A stretch of 64,000 nucleotides of DNA from an uncultured Methanomicrobiaceae archaeon (lineage in GTDB: Archaea > Halobacteriota > Methanomicrobia > Methanomicrobiales > Methanoculleaceae): assembly GCA_963826525.1 (NCBI GenBank), contig CAWGXH010000004.1, positions 1,408,001 through 1,472,000 on the forward strand, given 5' to 3'. Below, piece after piece: positions 56,767 through 64,000 of this stretch. How positions within the stretch are numbered: the first letter of the stretch is position 1; the number at the start of each line of letters is the position of its first letter. Under the pieces are notes generated by a model. That model saw only the letters and a program-made list of their open reading frames with translations. It was not told the origin of the DNA and ran no database searches. A program made the translations under genes and the position numbers.

Positions 56767-58646
56767 TTACAACCGGGCATCTTCAACGATCCGTCGGTCC
56801 TCCACGTGATCGAGCACCTCAAGGAACCGCCTCTTTCTCGCGTGCTTGCGCCGCAGTTCCTCGATATACTCCCTCCCACGCTGGGGTTTCCATACGCGTT
56901 CGCATCTTTCTCAGGTACCGTACGGACTCCTCGTACCGACTGCGGGCGGGTTTCGGCGATGAGCCTCTCCGCCTTTTTCTTCCATATGGCAATCGCCCGC
57001 TCCGGATATGTATCGACGACCGCATCCGCGACCCGGTCCTCCAGATTATGCCTCAGGTAGCGGTCAATTATGTCTTCTTCCCACCGGTCGTACCAGCGAA
57101 GGACATCGCCCGGTTTCTTCTCCGCAATCGCGATCTCGATAAGGGTGTCGGCGACCGGAGCATTGATCTCCCATCGCGGCGCCCGAACCGCCATGCCCGT
57201 ATCGGGGAGCACTCCGGGGATCGCGCCATCTCCCGCCGTGGGCCTCTCCCCGGTGATCAGGTACTGCATCGCAGCGTCTCTGACCTCGTCCCTGACCCCG
57301 GCACGGCGTGACGCCTCCTCCAGGCACCTGAAGGCCTGGTACGTCGGTTCGCGGAAGAACTCTTCGGTACGGATGGCGGCTACGGCAGGCCAGTTACCTT
57401 CTCTCTCCCGCATCTCGCGCAGGATGGTCATGAGTTCGTCGGCAATACCGGGAGCCGTCTCCTCCGTTGCCGAGATGCCCCGATTGATCCACTGCAGCGC
57501 CTCGTCACGCCGGCCTTTGCGGAGCAGGCGTGCAGCAAGCTCCGGATAGCTATCCGTCCTGTCGGCCTCCGCCATCTGAAGGATTGTTGCCTCGTCCTGC
57601 CGGCCCGCCCTGTCAAGCGCAGCCACGGTTCTGGTCACGAGGCGTTCCCGGTGATACCGGGAGGAGAAGTCGTCGGTTTTCCGTAACGGGATGCTCTCTT
57701 CCAGCCGTTTCAGAAGCCGGTCTGCAACGATGCCCCACTCCTCTTCCGGGTAGTCTTCCGCGAGCAGTCTCCCCGCTCCCGCGCAGAGGTCGTACTCGTC
57801 TTCAAGATCGGCCTCGATCGCGGAGAGTATTTTTTCATGCGCAGGCCGCGGCGAGCCGGCGAGGGCGGAAAAGACCACATCCATGCACGACGCGATCTGT
57901 TCGGCGGTCTCGCCCTCGTCATCGACCATCTCGATCTGCCTGGTTCCCTTCCGCAGGAGAACTTCTCCGGCCAGGACCACCTCGCCCGGATACCCCATTG
58001 AGAGCAGGGCCTCCATCCTCTCCCGCACCTGCGAGTAGTCGGGGATGCCGCCGCCCCGGTAATCGCCCCACGACCTTTCATCGGTTACGGCATCGATCTC
58101 GGCGAGCAGCGCTTCAACGAGCGGGCCGGCATCCCCTGCTGCAATGGAACGCCGGTCGTCGATCGCCCTTCTTACGTGAGGATCGTGCCAGGCCAGCGTT
58201 TCGAGGAGATCGACCAGTTCTTCTTTTGTCAGCCGTTCGAGATAGGGGCGCAGGGGCGGTTCCGCCGATGGGGCAGTCTCCCTGTAATCCGGATCGAGCA
58301 GCCGCAGCCGTGGGTCGTCTTCGGCTGCGGTTGGGATGGGAAGGCCTTTCTTCACCGATTCGAGGTATTCCAGCACGACGGCGACCGCATGCTTGCACGA
58401 AGTTCCCACCGGGCAGGTGCATCGGGACTCGATAGCCTCACCGTCCGTGGAGACGGTGGTTGCATACCTCCCGGTGCCGGCCACCCACGCGATCAGGTCG
58501 CCATAGGGAAGGCACGCAAGGTCCCGCACCCGTCCTTCACGCTGGTAGCGTTTACCGCGGGAGAGCGTCTTTGCGCCAGCCCACTCAGCCAGATCTCCCC
58601 AGGTCAGCGTCCTGAAAATATTGGAACTATCGGGTTCTCCTGCCAT
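56767..58646 (-). CDS. SWIM zinc-finger protein with helical-repeat C-terminus (two insertions near 56935 and 56872)
   Basis: RGKRYQREGRV, CTCP...CKH SWIM motif; reconstructed end HARKRRFLEVLD. Confidence 0.85.
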
Positions 58647-58845
58647 GCGAACCACCTTGCCTTCTGGTAAGGTACCCGGGGCATGATGAATGCTTTGACC
58701 GGCGTCCGGGATATGGCTGTACCCGCACCTGCCGCCGAGACGCGGGCACCTATTTGGGAACACCCCCGGTTGAAAAGTTTAACCAGAATTCGCCAGAGGT
58801 GTCAGCAGTTCCGGACATTACATCGATGATTGTTTGGCAATGTCT

Positions 58846-59841
58846 TTAGAATTCGAGGCTCTGGAATCTACTCTTTTTACTAAAAGATTTTTCTTTGGGC
58901 GGTTTTTCGGGCGGTTCCTTGGGCGGAGTTATGGTTCTGCAATATTCCTGTTTGTCCGGGAGCCTGATATCGACCTTCATCATTCTCCTGACCGTAGCTC
59001 CGGGTGTTGTTTGTTTAAGTGGAATGTCCAGTTCAAAAATCTTATCGCCATCGTCCGTTCTGTCAATGCGCTCTATTAACTTTTGAGCAATTCCGTCGGG
59101 CAGGTTGAAACAAATCCTTTGACCATCCAAGTGCAAATCGAAAATGGTTCCACCGTTCCGCGCTCTTCGACTGATCTTTACGCCGGGGATTCGATCCGTA
59201 TCTGAAGGAATTCGAACCTCTTCTATCCATCCCTTATCACCAACCAATAGTACGGGATAAGCATTATCGACAATACCAACTACCAGCGTCGGCATATCTT
59301 TGAAACAATCAGCCGTAGTCTGGAAGTATTCGAATTTTTCCGTAAGGTCTTTCTTTTTAAGACTTTTCAGTATATCACTGTCAATGTCGGAAACGAATTT
59401 TTTAATTCCTTGAGTAATGTGGGTCATTTCTCTAATGCCAGAAAACGAAACAAGGAATATATTATGTGCCCATGCGTAATTCTGAGCTTCACGGGAATAC
59501 GGACCGGCACTGAATACGCACCCGACATCTAAATACCTGTGAGGAGTATTCCGTTCCTTATCCTTGCCGACGACGTAGTTTTCGGAAATATCCTGTACAA
59601 CGCCGAAAAAATTTCTTATCGTTTCGAGTCCTACGGTTCGATTGTAACACTTGGCTTCGGCCAGTAACCGGATTGGATACGTGAACGCCGTGGGAATTTC
59701 CAGCGTACCATATGTATCGATCTGGTGAGGTGCTCCTCTTCCTTCCAGCATTCCAGTATTCACGCCGACGTATCCAGCTTCTTTGAGTAAATCCCAGATT
59801 ACCTTCTCAAAGACATAACCGCGAGCTTGAAACTCCTTCAT
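58846..59841 (-). CDS. Mrr-like PD-(D/E)xK restriction endonuclease-family protein
   Basis: GYVFEKVI, QIDTY, LAEAKCY, YSREAQNYA; visibly more AT-rich than the flanking genes. Confidence 0.75.
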   Translation of the reverse strand: MKEFQARGYVFEKVIWDLLKEAGYVGVNTGMLEGRGAPHQIDTYGTLEIPTAFTYPIRLLAEAKCYNRTVGLETIRNFFGVVQDISENYVVGKDKERNTPHRYLDVGCVFSAGPYSREAQNYAWAHNIFLVSFSGIREMTHITQGIKKFVSDIDSDILKSLKKKDLTEKFEYFQTTADCFKDMPTLVVGIVDNAYPVLLVGDKGWIEEVRIPSDTDRIPGVKISRRARNGGTIFDLHLDGQRICFNLPDGIAQKLIERIDRTDDGDKIFELDIPLKQTTPGATVRRMMKVDIRLPDKQEYCRTITPPKEPPEKPPKEKSFSKKSRFQSLEF

Positions 59842-60028
59842 ATGCACCCTCGAGCTTATAGATGTCTCTCGTTGGAATTCTGTAATATACCTATGGATTG
59901 CAGGCTCAGTCGGAAACGGTGTGTTCGAGGGATTGTTCCAATCTACAGTGGAATGGAAATCTACGTATGCTTAGTATACATGATGCACATTGTGTGCTTG
60001 GCAAACCCCATGCGCTGTGGTGAGAGAA

Positions 60029-60574
60029 ATGGAAATCGGTGCTGAAGAAATTGGAAAAAACTCGTCTGACTGGAAGAACATTCGAATTAAGGAAGACACC
60101 TATACTCGTCTCTCCGCCCTTGGGTCGATGAAGGACAGCTTCGATGACGTCATCAACCGGCTCCTAGACTACTACGAATTCCCTGCGTCGAAATCTATCG
60201 ATAACCTCCGGAAGTACGCGGCGCTGCCGGAAGACGCCGGGTATGCAGAAGCCGCTCTTAAACTGCTCGAGGTTATCCTGAACCTGGGAGATGACATTTC
60301 GTTTACGCTGATGATCGACCGAAGCGACAGATCCGATCTGCCCCTTGATGAGAATCGGAAAAATCTGGCAGTCTTCAGCAGGAACAAGACTCCGTTTGTG
60401 ATTGTGAAGATGGCGAGGTTGGGTCAGGCCTATACCTACGTACCCACCAGGTACCCCGATGCCGTATCCCCCTACCGTGGATGGAAGTACCTCAACAATG
60501 TGTATGACAGAGACTCATTGGAGAGAACGGTGAAGAGTCTCCGGAATTATTACGACACGATGATCTTCGAGTAA
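60029..60574 (+). CDS. hypothetical protein with N-terminal ribbon-helix-helix antitoxin-like domain
   Basis: KNIRIKEDTYTRL...DSFDDVINRLLD matches the archaeal RHH antitoxin pattern. Confidence 0.65.
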   Translation: MEIGAEEIGKNSSDWKNIRIKEDTYTRLSALGSMKDSFDDVINRLLDYYEFPASKSIDNLRKYAALPEDAGYAEAALKLLEVILNLGDDISFTLMIDRSDRSDLPLDENRKNLAVFSRNKTPFVIVKMARLGQAYTYVPTRYPDAVSPYRGWKYLNNVYDRDSLERTVKSLRNYYDTMIFE

Positions 60575-60609
60575 ATCGACGATTTTCCTACGGGATGCCG
60601 GGTTGAGCG

Positions 60610-60880
60610 GTGGGTACGGGAGACCCACCCTCTCAATGCCTGAAAAGATGGCTAAATTAACGTTACTTTTCGATTTTACCGCCTGTTTCAGATGGTGAAT
60701 CTCGGCCCTGGAATTAATTGCAGGATATCGTCCCGATTCCTGGAATATGGCAGGATCGCAGGGCTATGTTGGTCGTATGAGCGCCAGTAATTTTCAGGGG
60801 GTGGATACTATGCCTCGCCTTGAGATCGGCCGTCTGCGGCCGTCTGTGGGCGTGTTTTTTGGGGGGATTGGGGGTTTCGA
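60610..60880. repeat. diverged ~270-bp direct repeat, copy 1
   Basis: Colinear with ~63728-64000; identical 27-mer GAGATCGGCCGTCTGCGGCCGTCTGTG at 60822 and 63938. Confidence 0.8.
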
Positions 60881-62245
60881 TCACTCCAGCACCTCCCAGT
60901 GACCGCCCCGAGCAGAGCCGATACGGCATAGCCGACCATCGGCACGAAGTTTGGCGATCTGCTTCTCGACCGCTCTCTGCGTGATTCCCAGCCTTTCTCC
61001 AATCTCTCTTGCCGCAAGCTCCGGTTCGGACTTCAGGAGAGCAAGAATTTTCTCCGAACTTTTCTCCGAACTTTTCTCCGAACTTTTCTCCGCCTTTCGG
61101 CGAATAGTGACGGTGAAGAGGCACCCGTCCCGATCGTCATTAAAGTCGATATCCGGCCAGTCCTCAAGTGCCCGCTTGATGCCGGAGCCGAGACCACGAT
61201 ATGGCAGCAGTCCCTTTGCGACGTACGATGCCAGAATTGGATTGCGGATGTTGGAATTCCCTGTCCGGATCTGCGCCACCGTCAGGTTGTTCGGGAGGTG
61301 GCCGGGGCTAACGATCTCGATCCGGTTATCGAAGATGAACAGTCGGATCGGTGCGCTGATCAGATAGTCCCGGTGCACCAGGGCGTTGACCAGCAGCTCC
61401 TCAAAGACCGCCTGCGAAATCTCCGGAACTCCCGGGGCATTGATCCCCTTGCCGCCCTGGATTTTCCGGAGATTGCGCATGACAAAGGCCATGGCACCCT
61501 CGAAGATGTCGGGGAGCGTTCCCGTGAAATCCTCGGTGTCGAGATACTCACGTACGTGAATGGCATTGCCGGGATAGCGGATGGCCTTGATGATGAACTG
61601 CGGTTTGATCCACTCGGGCTTCTCAGCAAAGAGGAGCACGCCGGCAAGGTTCAGCATACCGTCGTCCGTGGTCAGGTTCATGTTCCGCAGGAGTGTCACA
61701 AGTTCTTCGGGTGAGTCCGGAAAAGGCTGATTATAGACATCTCGCAGGAAGTCCCGAAATCGCAGCCGGTCAAGTTTGTCAATACCTGCTCTGGTCGGTA
61801 GTCCGTCGCCATGGAACTGATCGACGCTCTGGAAGAGGCGGCGAAGTTCTTCCCGGGAGTTTACTCGTCGTTTGTCCGCGCCGTTTTTGAACCAGATCAC
61901 GCCGTTTTTATCAAAGTAGGGTTTATCCTGCCCCTTCGGAACGGTGAGCACGATGACGATGCGATCGTCGCCTACCTGAATATTCTCGGTCCGCACTGTC
62001 AGCGGGCTCTTCACATGCTGCGAGGCCGCATTGCTGATAAGCTGGTTGATCCGATTCACATCCGTGCGCGAAAGGCCCGGTACGGAACCATCATCAGCAA
62101 CGCCGAGAAAAAGCGTGCCTCCTTCGGCGTTGGCAAATGCCGCCATCTCCGCCGCCAGGGCGTCGGCATTGGTGATATCACGCTTGAACTGGTGGCGGCT
62201 GTCTTCGCCGGAGGTGATCTGGGCTCGAAGGGTTTCAGGGATCAT
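60881..62245 (-). CDS. Schlafen/AlbA_2 + HATPase_c_4 (RecG-C-like) + HTH protein
   Basis: GEDSRHQFK, AFANAEGGTLFLGVADDG, ELLVNALVHRDY, RIEIVSPG, RNPIL, GLGSG, C-terminal HTH GGHWEV. Confidence 0.88.
   Translation of the reverse strand: MIPETLRAQITSGEDSRHQFKRDITNADALAAEMAAFANAEGGTLFLGVADDGSVPGLSRTDVNRINQLISNAASQHVKSPLTVRTENIQVGDDRIVIVLTVPKGQDKPYFDKNGVIWFKNGADKRRVNSREELRRLFQSVDQFHGDGLPTRAGIDKLDRLRFRDFLRDVYNQPFPDSPEELVTLLRNMNLTTDDGMLNLAGVLLFAEKPEWIKPQFIIKAIRYPGNAIHVREYLDTEDFTGTLPDIFEGAMAFVMRNLRKIQGGKGINAPGVPEISQAVFEELLVNALVHRDYLISAPIRLFIFDNRIEIVSPGHLPNNLTVAQIRTGNSNIRNPILASYVAKGLLPYRGLGSGIKRALEDWPDIDFNDDRDGCLFTVTIRRKAEKSSEKSSEKSSEKILALLKSEPELAAREIGERLGITQRAVEKQIAKLRADGRLCRIGSARGGHWEVLE
61048..61092. 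repeat. 12-bp tandem repeat (TTTTCTCCGAAC x3.75) encoding an SSEK linker
   Basis: Read directly from the sequence. Confidence 0.95.
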
Positions 62246-62372
62246 GGGGTGCCTCGTTGTGCGATGCCAGCATGGTGGTAATGGCTTTGGTGAAGGTTAT
62301 GCCCGCGGTACCTTGTCCGATCCTCTTCAGGGCGCCCGCTACATCGGAGAGGTAAAGGATATACAATCTCAT
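62235..62372 (-). pseudogene. truncated HepT/DUF86 HEPN toxin
   Basis: MRLYILYLSDVAGALKRI..TAGITF resembles a DUF86 N-terminus; overlaps the MNT stop; no RX4HXY motif. Confidence 0.6.
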
Positions 62373-62662
62373 GCGACGAGGAGGTTCCGGGTAACCTGGC
62401 TTGGGATCTCCGGACGGAGTGCTGTCTCCGGCACGATATACACGCAAAGGCCGAGTTTCTCTTCAAGGTACTGCGACAACCCGACGAGATCAAAGAGATC
62501 CGCATCGGCACTGAACCGGGCGAGTACATCGATGTCGCTGCCCTCTTCCTGTTCCTCACGGGCATACGAGCCGAAGAGGGCAATACGCTCGACATGGTAC
62601 CGCTCGCTGATTTCGTCTTTCAGCGACCGGAGAATATCGAGGACTTCGGTGCGGGTTTTCAT
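62369..62662 (-). CDS. minimal nucleotidyltransferase (MNT/MntA antitoxin)
   Basis: IALFGSYAREEQEEGSDIDVL (GSx10DxD); 97 aa. Confidence 0.9.
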   Translation of the reverse strand: MKTRTEVLDILRSLKDEISERYHVERIALFGSYAREEQEEGSDIDVLARFSADADLFDLVGLSQYLEEKLGLCVYIVPETALRPEIPSQVTRNLLVA

Positions 62663-62754
62663 ATGCTGCAGATCTCCTGCGTTCAGTCTCCTTTTGCTGC
62701 CGGAGCGCTTTAAGGTATTGCTCTCCTTTGAGTCTGCCCCGAACCCGGCACCAG

Positions 62755-63107
62755 CGTCGCCGCCGGAGTTTCGACAGAATGGCGGGCAGTTCGTCCAGAT
62801 CCTCTGGAGGCCGAAGCGGGGTATCAGCGTGGATGTTGAGCCCGAGAGTCTGGTCGGGACCAAGTGGGGACTAAGTCGGGACCAAGTGGAGGTGCTGGGT
62901 GCCTGCATGACGGAGAAGTCCATACCCGAGCTTATGGGGGCTGTCGGCAGGACAAATCGTACGAAGTTCAGGAACTCCGTGTTAAAGCCACTGATGCATG
63001 GTGGGCTGATCGAGATGACCGTTCCGGATAGGCCTCAGAGCAGCAATCAGAAGTACCGGCTCACGGAAAAGGGGCGCGCCCTGCTTGCCGGGAGGGACCC
63101 GTTGTGA
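62755..63107 (+). pseudogene. 5'-truncated C-terminus of a RecG-C/Fic-type protein (linker + wHTH)
   Basis: PEFRQNGGQFVQILWRP, 12-bp repeat linker GTKWGLSRDQV, LKPL..GLIEMTVPDRPQSSNQKYRLT; no convincing in-frame start upstream of this segment. Confidence 0.65.
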
Positions 63108-63340
63108 TTGCCTGCATCACGCAGGAGTAACCCGGGCCTTACCGCCGGGGTGTGTGCCCCTCGGGGAACTGCCGCTGCAACCGCGATGGACGGCGGGGTC
63201 GCCCGGGACGCCGGGTACGATACCTGCTCGTGCCACGATCCGTCCGGTGGGGTATCCGGGCTTGAGTAGTCCCCGGTCATCGCTGTGTCGATGCCACGAT
63301 GACCGAGGGCAGGGCTGCACGGTGCGGTTTTACGGCGGCG

Positions 63341-63679
63341 ATGCTCGTTGCAACATTGCAGCAGGGTTGCAGCAGGTTTCAAGCATCTGCTGCAAAGAAG
63401 GGAAAGGTCGGAGCAGGGGGCTGATGGGAAACGAGCTGCGGAAAAGAGAGATCATACACACACATGTACAGATGTACAGCAGAATGAGATAGCACACAGC
63501 ACGGTATCTGCAGATGCCTCTCCTGGTGACTGTGCCTGTGATCTGCCGGATGCTGTAATCGAACTCACGATAGAGCCACCCTGGCGCTCGATGGTGAAAC
63601 CAAGTTCCTTACGTCCTCAGAATGATTGCGGCAGATGCTGTAACTCTGCTGCAACCGTGCTGCAGGTTGTACATCGCAT
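63341..63679. repeat. ~54-bp imperfect inverted repeats enclosing ~230 bp (MITE-like)
   Basis: 63341-63394 matches the reverse complement of 63627-63679, sharing TGCAGCA.GGTTGCAGCAG......AGCATCTGC.GCA. Confidence 0.7.
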
Positions 63680-63727
63680 GGGGAAGATCCCGGCCCTCCC
63701 CGGGCTGTCCGGCTACTGGGGGGTTAC

Positions 63728-64000
63728 GCAGGTGCGGGGGATGCCCCCTCCCGGTCATGAAAAACGGTCGATTTGCGGGTATTTTCCGATTTTGAGGCCG
63801 GTTTCAGAGGGCGGCTCTTGCCAAAATAATTCTGGTGGTATATGTCGCTCCGATGGTGGAAAGGGGAAAAATCCGGGAGGTATACTGGCCGTATGAGCGG
63901 GGGTAATTTTCGGAGGTGCTTTCCTATGCCCCGCCTCGAGATCGGCCGTCTGCGGCCGTCTGTGAGGGTGGTTTTTTCGGCGGGATTTGGGCGGGATTGG
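63728..64000. repeat. diverged ~270-bp direct repeat, copy 2 (runs to window end)
   Basis: Shares CGATTTT, GTTTCAGA, CGTATGAGCG, GTAATTTTC and the 27-mer core with 60610-60880. Confidence 0.8.

Noticed and set aside
59930-59960. ORB-like CTACAGTGGAA
   Set aside because: Single partial match inside an accessory island with no initiator gene
60610-64000. CRISPR array or integron attC sites
   Set aside because: No regularly spaced 25-40 bp repeats with unique spacers, no cas or intI gene, and no attC core pattern

Overview
GC-rich archaeal chromosome segment from a hydrogenotrophic methanogen, most consistent with Methanomicrobiales (Methanoculleus-like). This rests on archaeal 16S/23S signatures, mfnA, cofC/cofG/cofE and the archaeal ribosomal/RNAP superoperon. 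In order, the window holds: ppsA end-mfnA-hpt-dph2-METTL5-MFS-UbiB kinase; a purine/F420/folate cluster (FtrB-like, purQSC, cofG, cofC, CofE-family, folP, folD, glyA); a hypothetical-smc-scpA operon with no adjacent scpB; a full rRNA operon (four tandem promoters, 16S-tRNA-Ala-23S-tRNA-Cys-5S); accessory genes (2 hemerythrins, APC permease, pstS, ACT-ACT-MBL, flavodoxin-like, TPR); the rps13...gltX superoperon with the mevalonate/isoprenoid genes; dys; five tandem CBS proteins divergent from oapABC-like genes; a KamA-family radical SAM gene with a long structured leader; and a defence-like island (SWIM protein, Mrr-like nuclease, RHH-like protein, Schlafen/AlbA_2 ATPase, MNT with truncated HEPN, repeats). 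About 14 genes, some essential (e.g. rps11), carry single-base indels that are most likely sequencing errors. The best leads are a CofE-family ligase coupled to folP-folD-glyA (possible archaeal FolC2), a motif-repeat protein upstream of smc-scpA, the KamA leader, and a ~270-bp repeat bracketing defence genes. All calls are by eye from motifs; no database searches were run.
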